From contig OY760175.1 of assembly GCA_963663165.1 (NCBI GenBank), positions 1,440,001 to 1,504,000 of the forward strand: 64,000 nt of DNA, given 5' to 3'. Shown here in pieces: positions 30,072 to 40,029 of this stretch. Each line of letters opens with the position of its first letter. Within the stretch, counting starts at the first letter, position 1. This DNA comes from an uncultured Desulfospira sp. GTDB lineage: Bacteria; Desulfobacterota; Desulfobacteria; Desulfobacterales; Desulfobacteraceae. Position numbers and translations under genes: made by a program. The notes under the pieces were generated by a model that was not told where the DNA came from, did no database searches, and saw only the letters and a list, made by a program, of their open reading frames with translations.

Positions 30072-30102
30072 GCCAGGCCGGAGGGTTAAATTATAAAAAA
30101 AC

Positions 30103-30205
30103 TCACGCTAAGGCGCAAAGGCGCAAAGCTTAATTTTTCTGGGCAATGGTATTCTTTGCGCCTTAGCGCCTTTGCGTGAAAATATAAAAAAGAGGGCGAA
30201 GCCGT
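30103..30205. repeat. 8-bp periodic inverted pair (GGCGCAAA) plus a GCGAAGC mini-hairpin
   Basis: tcacgctaaggcgcaaaggcgcaaag ... ctttgcgccttagcgcctttgcgtga; ggcgaagcc. Confidence 0.88.
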
Positions 30206-30215
30206 CAACTGCGCC

Positions 30216-30320
30216 AAATCCCAGATCCCAATCCCCAAGTCTCAGATCCCAATCCCCAAGTCTCAAATCCCAAGTCCCAAGTCCCAAGTCTCAAATCCCA
30301 AGTCCCAAGTCCCAAGTCCC
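30216..30320. repeat. 15-unit heptamer array (AAGTCCC consensus) with a 21-bp higher-order period
   Basis: aaatccc agatccc aatcccc aagtctc ... aagtccc x3, directly after the LUD gene stop. Confidence 0.95.
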
Positions 30321-30321
30321 G

Positions 30322-30975
30322 CTAAAACCCCAAATCCTGATTAACAAAAATAATTTTGATTCGCTTTTTCACAAAGCTTTTCTCAATGATGGTCCAGTAG
30401 TTACAGATCCGGTCCGGGCTCGAGCAGTCATGGCAGACCCCGGTTTTCACACAGGGGGTTTTCTTGCCAAGCTTCATGGTGTTCACCGGGGCGGCATAAT
30501 GTTTGACCCGTTCCATGGCACTTTCAAGATCAGGGCAGATCTTATTGCGGCCGATGATCAAAAGAACGTTCTTAGGCCCCCACATCATGGCGGCCACCCG
30601 GTTGCCGATCATATCTAAATTGACCAGCTGGCCGTCCTCGGTAACCGCATTGGTTCCGGTGATAAACAGATCCACCATCAAGGCCTGGCGGCGGCGCTCA
30701 AACATATCTTCAGCGGAAATGCTCTGGTCAAAGGTATTGATGACCGTTAAGTCCTTTTGGTCCATTACCCCATGATAAAGCCCGGTTTCCACAAAAGAGA
30801 CCGATCCCCCGAAAGACACGGTTTCAGGGGACAGAACCGGGATAATGTCATTTAAAGCGATATCCTTGGCCGCCTGGGCCGTATCGGCAATAAACACCTC
30901 AAAATTGTTTTTCTCAAGGTTCTCTTTTACGGCCTCAAGTTTGAGTTTCCAGTAGTTGTCGATGGGGTTCTTCAT
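30322..30975 (-). CDS. LUD-domain (lactate utilization-type) protein
   Basis: FGGSVS, FITGTNAVTEDGQLVNLDMIGNRVAA, PCVKTGVCHDC...RICN. Confidence 0.85.
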   Translation of the reverse strand: MKNPIDNYWKLKLEAVKENLEKNNFEVFIADTAQAAKDIALNDIIPVLSPETVSFGGSVSFVETGLYHGVMDQKDLTVINTFDQSISAEDMFERRRQALMVDLFITGTNAVTEDGQLVNLDMIGNRVAAMMWGPKNVLLIIGRNKICPDLESAMERVKHYAAPVNTMKLGKKTPCVKTGVCHDCSSPDRICNYWTIIEKSFVKKRIKIIFVNQDLGF

Positions 30976-31439
30976 TGAAAAAACTCCTTTTTTCTGGGGT
31001 TACAGGTCACCGGTAAAATATACCTTCCGGCACAAGGGCATGCAACGATTATTTTGCCGTTAACATTCCGATCCGACGACAGAAAAAAGCAGAAAAATCT
31101 TTTTTTTATTGACTTAATCTGAAGTTCTTAATATGTGTTGTATTATAAATAAATCAGATTCAGTAAATAATTTTGATTCTTCTTTCCTGCTTGAGCACCG
31201 GTGCCGCCTGATTCTCTTTTATGCAACAGCCCCACCCACCTCCCCTTAACCTGCCGCTGAATTGATACTGAAATTTACACCATATGTGCCACCCTTTTTG
31301 ACCTGAAACCATGTTTTACTAACCGTTTTTTTGACAACTTTAGTTTTTCATCGCGAAAGAAAAGGAGGTGATGCCGTTTTTTCCCTGTTTTAACCATAAC
31401 CGATTTTTTGACAACCCAAAGAATCCAAAGGAGATGCCG

Positions 31440-33470
31440 ATGAGCAAAAAAGATGTTGTCGAAACCACTGAAGCCCAGATAGCCGTTCACTGGAAAGAAG
31501 AAGACTACTATTACCCTTCAGCAAAATTTATCGGCCAGGCCAACCTCACTGATCCCGATATTTTTAACCGGTTCAGCCTGGATAATTTCCCTGATTATTT
31601 CACGGAATATGCAGAGCTTCTCACCTGGTACAAGTACTGGGACGAGGTTCTCGACACCAGCGACGCCCCCTGCTACAAATGGTTCAGAGGCGGCCTGATC
31701 AATGCCAGTTACAACTGCATTGACCGCCACCTGAAAACCAACAAAAACAAAACCGCCATTCATTTTGTTCCGGAACCGGAAAACGAAAAAGTAGACCACA
31801 TCACCTACCAGGAACTCTATGTCAAGGTCAATGAAATGGCGGCCCTGCTCAAGGGGACGGCCAAACTCAAAAGAGGGGATAGGGTGACCATTCACATGCC
31901 CATGTCGGCTGAACTTCCCATTACCATGCTGGCCTGCGCAAGGCTCGGGGTGGTTCATTCCGTTGTTTTCGGCGGGTTCTCCGCCAGCGCCAGTGCCGAC
32001 CGGATTGTGGATTCCCAGTCCCGGGTATTGATTGTCATGGATTCCTATTACCGGTCCGGCAAGCTGCTGAACCACAAGATCAATGCCGACGATGCCGTGA
32101 GACTGGCCCAGGAGCAGGGCCAGACCGTGGATACGGTTCTGGTCTGGCAGCGGTATCCCGGGACCTACGCCTCGGATACCCCCCTGGTGGACGGCCGGGA
32201 CGTTCTGGTCAACGAGGAAATCAAAAAATACTACGGCGCCCGGGTAGAACCCGAAAAGATGCTCTCTGAGGATCCGTTGTTTCTCATGTATACCTCCGGC
32301 ACCACCGGAAAGCCCAAAGGCTGTCAGCACGGGACCGGCGGCTACCTGTCCTATGTCACGGCCATGTCAAAGTATATCCAGGACATCCATCCCGAAGACG
32401 TTTACTGGTGCATGGCCGATATCGGCTGGATCACGGGCCATTCCTTTATAGTCTATGGTCCTCTGGCCCTGTGCGCCTCATCGGTAATTTATGAAGGGGT
32501 GCCCACTTACCCCGATGCGGGACGGTCCTGGCGGATCGCCCAGGATCTGGATGTCAATATCTTCCACACCGCGCCCACCGCCATCAGGGCGTTACGGAAA
32601 GTCGGCCCGGAAGAACCGGCCAAGTACAATTACCACTTTAAGCATATGACCACGGTGGGCGAACCCATTGAGCCTGAAGTATGGAAATGGTACGAATCCG
32701 CTGTGGGCAAGGGTGAGGCCATTATCGTGGACACCTGGTGGCAGACGGAAACCGGCGGTTTCCTTTGCTCCACGGTTCCGGGCTTAAAACCCATGAAACC
32801 GGGCAGTGCCGGCCCGGGTGTGCCCGGGATTCACCCCATTATTTACGATGATGAGGGAAAGCAGATTAAAGAACCCGGCATTGCCGGCAATATCTGCATC
32901 CAGAACCCCTGGCCCGGCATGTTCCAGACCATCTGGGGGGACCGGGACCGGTTCGTGTCCACCTATTTTTCACGCTACTGCAAAGACCCCAAGTCAACCA
33001 ACTGGCAGGACTGGCCGTACCTGACCGGGGATGCGGCCATGATGGCCGAAGACGGGTATTACCGGATCCTTGGACGGATTGACGATGTCATTAACGTGTC
33101 CGGCCACAGGCTGGGCACCAAAGAAATCGAATCCGCCGCCCTGGTGGTGGATGAAGTGGCCGAGTCGGCCGTGGTTCCGGTGGCCCACGACATCAAGGGA
33201 AAAGAGCCCGATCTTTACATTGCCTTGAAACCGGGCATCGAACCTTCTGAAGCCATTGCCCAGAAAATTTCCGACGCCATTTGCGATCAGATCGGCAAAA
33301 TTGCCAAACCCCGGAAGGTCTGGCTGGTTCCGGACATGCCCAAAACCCGGTCCGGAAAGATCATGCGCCGGGTCCTCGGGGCCATTTCCAACAGAACCGA
33401 TGTGGGCAATGTCATGACCCTGGCCAACCCGGAAGTCGTGGATGAAATTAGAAATATGGTGCAAGGATAG
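31440..33470 (+). CDS. acs: Acetate--CoA ligase
   Basis: YTSGTTGKPKG, DTWWQTETG, GRIDDVINVSGHRLG, PKTRSGKIMRR; SD AAGGAG before MSKKD. Confidence 0.95.
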   Translation: MSKKDVVETTEAQIAVHWKEEDYYYPSAKFIGQANLTDPDIFNRFSLDNFPDYFTEYAELLTWYKYWDEVLDTSDAPCYKWFRGGLINASYNCIDRHLKTNKNKTAIHFVPEPENEKVDHITYQELYVKVNEMAALLKGTAKLKRGDRVTIHMPMSAELPITMLACARLGVVHSVVFGGFSASASADRIVDSQSRVLIVMDSYYRSGKLLNHKINADDAVRLAQEQGQTVDTVLVWQRYPGTYASDTPLVDGRDVLVNEEIKKYYGARVEPEKMLSEDPLFLMYTSGTTGKPKGCQHGTGGYLSYVTAMSKYIQDIHPEDVYWCMADIGWITGHSFIVYGPLALCASSVIYEGVPTYPDAGRSWRIAQDLDVNIFHTAPTAIRALRKVGPEEPAKYNYHFKHMTTVGEPIEPEVWKWYESAVGKGEAIIVDTWWQTETGGFLCSTVPGLKPMKPGSAGPGVPGIHPIIYDDEGKQIKEPGIAGNICIQNPWPGMFQTIWGDRDRFVSTYFSRYCKDPKSTNWQDWPYLTGDAAMMAEDGYYRILGRIDDVINVSGHRLGTKEIESAALVVDEVAESAVVPVAHDIKGKEPDLYIALKPGIEPSEAIAQKISDAICDQIGKIAKPRKVWLVPDMPKTRSGKIMRRVLGAISNRTDVGNVMTLANPEVVDEIRNMVQG

Positions 33471-33505
33471 ACTTGAATTTTGGGACTTGAGACTTGGGAC
33501 TTGAG
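33470..33505. repeat. Heptamer arm after the acs stop
   Basis: gacttgaattttgggacttgagacttgggacttgag. Confidence 0.8.
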
Positions 33506-33532
33506 TTCTAAAGCATAACGGTTAACCACTAA

Positions 33533-33686
33533 CTAATGCCTGAACGATAACCCCGTGTTTGGGCGAAAAGTTGCCCAGATGCAAGGCGCAGAAAAATTTG
33601 CAACCGGAGCAACCTAAAGGGTTGTGAGGATTGCAGATTTTTCTGCAACGCAGCAGGTGGGGGACTTTTCGGTCAAACACCACTTA
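33533..33686. mobile_element. ~150-bp palindromic MITE-like element, copy 1
   Basis: IR gtgtttgggcgaaaag...cttttcggtcaaacac; core gcccagatgcaaggcg...ggagcaacct...gtgaggattgc...gcaacgcagcag shared with the copy at 40107. Confidence 0.8.
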
Positions 33687-33698
33687 AGGAGAACATTC

Positions 33699-35600
33699 AT
33701 GCTCAACTCTTATTCAGATGTACACAAGAAATCCATCAATGATCCTGAGGGTTTTTGGGGACCCATTGCTGAAGACTGCCACTGGACCAAATCCTGGGAC
33801 AAGGTCCTGGATGACTCAAACCCGCCCTTTTACCGGTGGTTTCAAGGCGGCGAAACCAATACCTGCTACAACGCCATTGACCTGCACATTGAGAACGGCC
33901 TGGGAAACCAGGCGGCCCTGATTTATGACAGTCCGGTCACGGACACCATTAAAACGTTTACCTATAACCATCTTAAAGAACAGGTATCCCTGTTTGCCGG
34001 GGTATTGGCCGACAAAGGCGTGGTCAAGGGGGACCGGGTCATCATTTACATGCCCATGATTCCCGAGGCCGTGTTTGCCATGCTGGCCTGCGCCCGGATC
34101 GGGGCGGTCCACTCGGTTGTGTTCGGCGGATTCGCGGCCAACGAACTGGCCACCCGGATCAACGATGCCAAGCCCCGGGTCATTGTGTCCGCCTCCTGCG
34201 GCATTGAGGTCAACCGGGTCATTGAGTATAAGCCCTTGCTGGACCAGGCCATTGATCTGTCCGATTCAAAGCCGGAGTCCTGCATCATTTTCCAGCGGCC
34301 CCAGGCCAACGCCACCATGATAAATGGCCGGGACTTTGACTGGAACGAGTGCATGGACCGGGCCAAGCCCCAGGACTGTGTTCCGGTGGCGGCCACCGAC
34401 CCGCTCTACATCCTTTATACTTCGGGCACCACAGGCCAGCCCAAAGGCGTGGTAAGGGACAACGGCGGCCATATGGTGGCCTTAAAATGGACCATGAGCG
34501 CCATTTACGGGGTTGACCAGGGGGATGTCTACTGGGCCGCGTCGGATATCGGCTGGGTGGTGGGCCACTCCTATATTGTTTACGGCCCCCTTCTCAAGGG
34601 GTGTACCTCTATTTTGTTTGAGGGCAAACCCGTGGGAACGCCCGACGCTTCGGTCTTCTGGCGGGTGATTTCCCAGCACGGGGTAAAATCCATGTTCACA
34701 GCCCCCACGGCCTTCAGGGCCATCAAGCGCGAAGACCCCAGGGCCGAACTGATGAAAGGATTTGACCTGTCCAAATTTAAATACCTGTTCCTGGCCGGAG
34801 AACGGCTGGATCCGGACACCCTCACCTGGGCCGAAAACAGCCTGAAGGTGCCGGTCATTGACCACTGGTGGCAGACCGAAACCGGCTGGGCCATTGCGGC
34901 CAACTGTGTAGGGATTGAACAATTCAAAGTCAAGCCCGGTTCCCCCACCAAGGCGGTGCCCGGCTGGCGTCTGGACGTTCTCGGGGAAAACGGCCAGTCC
35001 ATGCCGGCAGGAGAAATCGGCGCCATTGTGGCCAAGCTGCCCCTGCCCCCGGGGACCCTGCCCACCCTGTGGCAGAATGACCAGCGGTACAAAGACGCCT
35101 ATTTGTCCGAGTTTGATGGATATTATGAAACATCCGATGCCGGATATATTGACCAGGACGGTTATGTCTTTGTCATGGCCCGGACTGACGACATTATCAA
35201 CGTGGCCGGCCACAGGCTTTCCACCGGGGCCATGGAAGAGGTGATTGCGGCCCATCCCGATGTGGCCGAATGTGCGGTCATGGGCGTTGCCGATTCCCTC
35301 AAGGGGCAGATCCCCTTAGGCATGGTGGTGTTAAATGCCGGTGTGGACCGGTCTGAAGATGACATTGTCAGGGAAGTGGTCGGCCTGGTCAGGGAAAAAA
35401 TCGGGCCTGTGGCGGCCTTCAAGACCGCCACCGTGGTCAAGCGGCTGCCCAAGACCAGATCCGGTAAAATCCTGAGGGGGACCATGCGGTCCATCGCAGA
35501 CAAGAAAGAGTACAAAGTACCGGCAACCATAGACGACTATACCATCCTGGACGAAATTGAAGATTCCCTTGGCAGGATCGGGTATGGGAAAAAAGCTTAA
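33699..35600 (+). CDS. prpE: Propionyl-CoA synthetase
   Basis: YTSGTTGQPKGVVRDNGG, LFLAGER, DHWWQTETG, LPKTRSGKILR. Confidence 0.88.
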   Translation: MLNSYSDVHKKSINDPEGFWGPIAEDCHWTKSWDKVLDDSNPPFYRWFQGGETNTCYNAIDLHIENGLGNQAALIYDSPVTDTIKTFTYNHLKEQVSLFAGVLADKGVVKGDRVIIYMPMIPEAVFAMLACARIGAVHSVVFGGFAANELATRINDAKPRVIVSASCGIEVNRVIEYKPLLDQAIDLSDSKPESCIIFQRPQANATMINGRDFDWNECMDRAKPQDCVPVAATDPLYILYTSGTTGQPKGVVRDNGGHMVALKWTMSAIYGVDQGDVYWAASDIGWVVGHSYIVYGPLLKGCTSILFEGKPVGTPDASVFWRVISQHGVKSMFTAPTAFRAIKREDPRAELMKGFDLSKFKYLFLAGERLDPDTLTWAENSLKVPVIDHWWQTETGWAIAANCVGIEQFKVKPGSPTKAVPGWRLDVLGENGQSMPAGEIGAIVAKLPLPPGTLPTLWQNDQRYKDAYLSEFDGYYETSDAGYIDQDGYVFVMARTDDIINVAGHRLSTGAMEEVIAAHPDVAECAVMGVADSLKGQIPLGMVVLNAGVDRSEDDIVREVVGLVREKIGPVAAFKTATVVKRLPKTRSGKILRGTMRSIADKKEYKVPATIDDYTILDEIEDSLGRIGYGKKA

Positions 35601-35697
35601 AGACTGAAGGCTGAAGGCTGAAGGAGGGGATTCATACATGTTAAGTCTAACTTCCTTCAGCCTAACCCCCTTCAGCCTAAATACCTAACCCCCTAAA
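35601..35697. repeat. GGCTGAA-type inverted heptamer pair
   Basis: agactgaaggctgaaggctgaagg ... ccttcagcctaacccccttcagcctaaatacctaacccccta. Confidence 0.8.
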
Positions 35698-35937
35698 CCA
35701 CGAAAGGAGGTGATGCCGTATGCTTGCTGGCTCGCCTTGCGGCCATGGGCCGGCCTGGTGATATAAACCGGGGTCTGCCCGCAACACACGTGAAAGAGAT
35801 CATCCTTTGGGCTGACAGCACCCGGCTTTGAAGCACTTTTTAAAAAAGCCGGCAGCTTAAAAGGCAATGCCCTTTCACCAGACAAATTTAAAAAACCCGA
35901 TCGAATCAAAAATTTATGAAACAGGAGGAAAGAATTT

Positions 35938-37722
35938 ATGGACCCTAAAATGTGGGTGTACATCCTTTTGGGATTGTATATTGTTTACTGTTTCTGGTGG
36001 GGCCTTAAGGGATTTTTCACTGAGAAAAAAGCGTCCGGATATGCCATTGCCGGCCGGTCTATTCCCTTTATCGCTTTTCTTATGGCGGCCACAGCGGCCT
36101 CATTTTCAGGATGGACTTTTATCGGGCATCCGGGTTTGATCTGGAGTGCAGGACTTGTCTATGCCTATGCCTCTTTTTATGTACTGACCATTCCCATTAC
36201 CGGAGCGTTTTTCGCCAAACGGAACTGGTTGATGGGCAAGCGGTACGGGTTTATCACCCCGGGTGACATGTTTGCCTATTACTACAACAACGAGGCGGTC
36301 AGATGGCTGACGGTGATTGCGGCCTTTTTGTACTCTATTTTCTACTCAGGCCTTCAGCTCATTGCCGCGGCCAAGCTCTTTTACTGGGTGGCCGGCGTGC
36401 CCCAGACCTTTGGTTTGATTTTTATGGCGTTTATTGTATGGTTTTACGTGGTCACAGGCGGACTGAAAGCCTCCACCTGGGTCGGCGTACTTCAGTTCCT
36501 GCTCCTGGTGAGCGGCATTATCCTGCTCGGATTTTATGTCCTCACCTCGGATACCATTGGCGGATGGTCCGGATTTGTGGCGTCCATGCAGGGAATTGAG
36601 GAGAAATATATGAAAGTTCCGGGGCTGATCCACATCGGCCTTGGCACCGGCGGCTGGACCGCCGTGATGATCTTAACCTATATGTTTGCCCTCATGGGCA
36701 TCCAGTCATCCCCGGCCTTTACCCTGTGGAACTTCGGCATCAAGTCTCCCAAACCCCTGGCCTGGCAGCAGGTGTTCATGTCCACCTTTGTGGTGGGGCT
36801 TGCCCTGTTCTTTTTTACGGCATTCCAGGGGATCGGTGCCCGGATCCTCATGGTGGCAGGGGAACTTGCGCCCAAGGTAGACGGGGACGTGGTTCCCATG
36901 CTCATGACTAAATTTTTACCCGGACCTGTTCTCGGGCTGGTTTTCCTAGGGGCCATTGCCGCCATCCATTCCACGGCAGCCCCTTATATCGGCACCGGCG
37001 GCACCATTATCCAGCGGGATGTCTGGTGGCGGTATGTCAGAAAACAGTCCGGTTCCCACTCAGAACAGATCTGGACCAACCGGATCTTTGCCACCATCCT
37101 GGCAGCCGCAGCGGTTATCGTCAGCCTTACATCCACTGACGCCATTGTGATGATCGGCGGGTTTGCCACGGCCTTCGGCACCATCATGTACCTGTGCCTT
37201 TTAGGGGTTCACTGGGGGTTCCGGTTCCCGAGCGTCGGCGTGGTATTAGGCCTTCTGGCCGCCATTGCCGCCTGCTTTTTAACCTATTACGTCTGGAAAT
37301 ATCCCTTGTCCATCCATACGGCCGGCTGGGGGATTTTCGTTGGCCTTGCCGTGGCCTATTTATGCCGGGGCCTAGGCATGAAGGACAGCCAGGAAACCAT
37401 TGACCGGCAAAAAGAAGTCCGGGAATGGCTGGACTCTATCGATGGGCCTTCTGAAAGCGGCAAGGTCTGGCGTTCCAGAATGAAAATACTGGTACCGGCC
37501 TGGTACCTTATGGCCTTGGGACCAGGGGTTCTGATCGGGAACACGGCCTTTACTTTCTGCGGTTTTCCGCCCATCTGGGCCTGGCAGATTGTCTGGTGGA
37601 TCATCGGCATCGTCATGATGTGGGCCCTGTGCTTTAAGGCAGAGATGTCCACCACTAACGAAGAACAGATCCGCAGGGCCGACGTCGAAACCATGGACGT
37701 CACCAAGGAAGCCGACGCGTAA
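35938..37722 (+). CDS. Sodium:solute symporter family (SLC5) transporter
   Basis: YAIAGRS, ASFSGWTFIGHPG, YVVTGGLKA, AAIHSTA; many TM segments. Confidence 0.9.
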   Translation: MDPKMWVYILLGLYIVYCFWWGLKGFFTEKKASGYAIAGRSIPFIAFLMAATAASFSGWTFIGHPGLIWSAGLVYAYASFYVLTIPITGAFFAKRNWLMGKRYGFITPGDMFAYYYNNEAVRWLTVIAAFLYSIFYSGLQLIAAAKLFYWVAGVPQTFGLIFMAFIVWFYVVTGGLKASTWVGVLQFLLLVSGIILLGFYVLTSDTIGGWSGFVASMQGIEEKYMKVPGLIHIGLGTGGWTAVMILTYMFALMGIQSSPAFTLWNFGIKSPKPLAWQQVFMSTFVVGLALFFFTAFQGIGARILMVAGELAPKVDGDVVPMLMTKFLPGPVLGLVFLGAIAAIHSTAAPYIGTGGTIIQRDVWWRYVRKQSGSHSEQIWTNRIFATILAAAAVIVSLTSTDAIVMIGGFATAFGTIMYLCLLGVHWGFRFPSVGVVLGLLAAIAACFLTYYVWKYPLSIHTAGWGIFVGLAVAYLCRGLGMKDSQETIDRQKEVREWLDSIDGPSESGKVWRSRMKILVPAWYLMALGPGVLIGNTAFTFCGFPPIWAWQIVWWIIGIVMMWALCFKAEMSTTNEEQIRRADVETMDVTKEADA

Positions 37723-37753
37723 AAAACCCTTTAACATCAAGGAGACTTAAATT

Positions 37754-37840
37754 ATGGCGCTTGAAGACAAATATCTAATTGCAACCCTTCTTTTCTGCAT
37801 TTTATTTGTGGCATCCTTTGGCCTGGGCTGGTGGGGCTAA
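37754..37840 (+). CDS. 28-aa single-TM small protein
   Basis: SD AAGGAG at 37739; MALEDKYLIATLLFCILFVASFGLGWWG*. Confidence 0.7.
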   Translation: MALEDKYLIATLLFCILFVASFGLGWWG

Positions 37841-37846
37841 AAGGAA

Positions 37847-37899
37847 AGGATGAAGGATGAAGGATGAGGGATGAGGGAAACCTCGTCCTTCATCCTTTC
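37847..37899. repeat. GGATGAA-type inverted heptamer pair
   Basis: aggatgaaggatgaaggatgagggatgaggg...cctcgtccttcatcctttc. Confidence 0.8.
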
Positions 37900-37905
37900 A
37901 AAAAC

Positions 37906-40029
37906 ATGCTTCAAACCAACCGTTTCTGGAAATTTTCATTTATCAGTGCCGGCGTTGTTCTCATGCTGGCCACCCTGATTTTGTTTTATATCTGGTCAGA
38001 ACTTACGGCAGACCAGCACCATGTCCTCTCTGAAATTGCCCGGGACCATATCTATGAAGGGCTTGGCCTTTGCTTTCTGCTGTCAGGATCGTTCTGGGTC
38101 CTGTCCGACATTGTCTATACGGTGTATATCAAACCGGTTAAAAAGATATCCGCCGAAGCCCAGGTCATCTATGAGTCCAACCCGTCCCACCGGATTGCCA
38201 TAAAGGGAAACAAAGACATTGCCGACCTGATCCGGGTGATTAACGATTTTGCCGATTTGTTCGAATCCCTGGATAAACGGATCACCCAGCAGATCCTGGC
38301 GGCCAGGACCAGAATCCAAAAGGAAAGAAACCTTCTGGCCGCCGTGATGTCGGAAATCCCCCACGGCATCATTATCTGCAATACCAGCGGGCAGATTCTG
38401 CTGTTCAATTCCCTGGCCAAACAGCTGTTTACCCATTCTGACGACCCCCAAAACACCCATGGATTCATCGGCCTTGGCCGGTCCATCTACCACTTGTTAG
38501 ACAAAGGGGTGATCCGCCAGGCCTTAGATGAAATCAACACCCATCCGGCCGGGGAACGGCGCCATACCGAGTCCCATTTTATCACCGCCATCGGCACCGG
38601 CCGACTGATCCGGGGACAGGCCATGCCGGTTCTGGACAAGGAAAAAACCATGACCGGGGTGATCCTCTCCTTTCAAGAGGTTTCGGACAGCATCAAAACC
38701 GTTGAAGCCATTGAAACCTGCTTATCTGATTTTGGACGGGAACTTTCCTGCCGCAGCCAGAAAGCCGGCATGGCCCTCAAAAAATTAGAAACCCTTTCCC
38801 TTTCCCAAGGCCTTGAAGACGATATAAACACGGTAACAAAAGCATTGGAAGGCCTTGGCGAAGATTATGCCCGGACATCGGCCCGGTTAACGGAACTGTC
38901 CTTATCTGTGCTGGCCTTAAATTCAATTGACCTGAACCGCTTTTTGGGAATGGTTCAAAAAGAAGCCGGGATTCTTTACGACATTCGGATCAATATATTC
39001 AACCCCCTCAAGGATGCCCGGATCCTGGCCGACCCCTATTCCCTTTCCCGGGCATGTCTGTTTATGATTCGCGCCATCTGTTCTGCCGCGGGGAAACCCA
39101 TTGAGTTCAGCCTTTCGGTCAGCCGGCAGGATCAGCTTATCGGCTTTGACATTTCCTGGGAAAAAGAACCCGTTGCGGCATCGGCTGTCATGGCGGCGAC
39201 CGAACAGAAAATTGACGGCCTGCCCCGGTTCGGACATGTGTTAAAATTAAACCGGGCCCGGTTGCACCCCATAGGCCACACAGCCATAAACCGGATCACC
39301 ATTACCGTGCAGGCCAGTGACCAGCCGGGGATCCTGGCAAAACAAAAAATCCGGGTCCTGGCCGGGGCCAGGCCTGAGTTTTATAATTTCAACCTGTTCC
39401 AGGTCAACCACCACACCGAGAACCTGCTGGACACCCCGCTGAAATCCATTGTGTTTACGGCCTTTGATACGGAAACCACCGGCCTTTGCCCGGAAGGGGG
39501 GGATGAAATCATCTCCATTGGCGCAGTCCGGATCGTCAACAACCGGATCAATTACCAGGATACCTTTGAAGAACTGGTGGACCCCCGAAGGGAAATCCCC
39601 ATGGAAGCCTACAAGATCCATGGGATCAGCCATGAAATGGTGACGGGCCGGGACACCATAGACAAGGTGCTGCCCCGGTTTAAACGCTTTTCTTCAGAAA
39701 CGGTGTTTTTGGGACATAACATTGCATTTGACTTGAAAATGCTCAAACTCAAAGAGAATTTGACAGGAATTAAATTCACCAATCCGGCCTTGGACACCCT
39801 TTTGCTGTCGTCAGTGCTTCACCCGGTCCATGACCGGCATGACCTGGCCAGTATTGCCAACCGGCTCGGGGTTAAGGTGATCGGCCGGCATTCGGCTTTA
39901 GGAGATGCCCTGATCACGGCTGAAATTTTTCTGAAACTGATACCCATTTTAAACTCAAATGGTATACTGACCCTGAATCATGCATTAAAAGCCTCGAAAA
40001 AAACTTATTATGCCCGGCTGAAGTATTAG
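37906..40029 (+). CDS. Membrane protein with HAMP-like, PAS and C-terminal DEDDh 3'-5' exonuclease (DnaQ-like) domains
   Basis: Two N-terminal TMs; GIIICNTSGQILLFN (PAS); FDTETTG / GHNIAFD / RHSALGDA (ExoI-III). Confidence 0.85.
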   Translation: MLQTNRFWKFSFISAGVVLMLATLILFYIWSELTADQHHVLSEIARDHIYEGLGLCFLLSGSFWVLSDIVYTVYIKPVKKISAEAQVIYESNPSHRIAIKGNKDIADLIRVINDFADLFESLDKRITQQILAARTRIQKERNLLAAVMSEIPHGIIICNTSGQILLFNSLAKQLFTHSDDPQNTHGFIGLGRSIYHLLDKGVIRQALDEINTHPAGERRHTESHFITAIGTGRLIRGQAMPVLDKEKTMTGVILSFQEVSDSIKTVEAIETCLSDFGRELSCRSQKAGMALKKLETLSLSQGLEDDINTVTKALEGLGEDYARTSARLTELSLSVLALNSIDLNRFLGMVQKEAGILYDIRINIFNPLKDARILADPYSLSRACLFMIRAICSAAGKPIEFSLSVSRQDQLIGFDISWEKEPVAASAVMAATEQKIDGLPRFGHVLKLNRARLHPIGHTAINRITITVQASDQPGILAKQKIRVLAGARPEFYNFNLFQVNHHTENLLDTPLKSIVFTAFDTETTGLCPEGGDEIISIGAVRIVNNRINYQDTFEELVDPRREIPMEAYKIHGISHEMVTGRDTIDKVLPRFKRFSSETVFLGHNIAFDLKMLKLKENLTGIKFTNPALDTLLLSSVLHPVHDRHDLASIANRLGVKVIGRHSALGDALITAEIFLKLIPILNSNGILTLNHALKASKKTYYARLKY

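Noticed and set aside
30172..30618. 148-aa plus-strand ORF rich in SPKSQV
   Set aside because: It is the translation of the heptamer array plus the antisense of the LUD gene.
31028..31044. Sigma54-like sequence upstream of acs
   Set aside because: GG-to-GC spacing is one base too long for a -24/-12 promoter.
33624..33698. N-terminal extension of PrpE, and the 60-aa ORF at 40110-40292
   Set aside because: Both are read-through of the MITE-like element.
31518..35255. Long antisense ORFs (270 and 257 aa; similarly 50286-51152)
   Set aside because: They are shadows of acs, prpE and paaK caused by codon bias, with no recognisable motifs.
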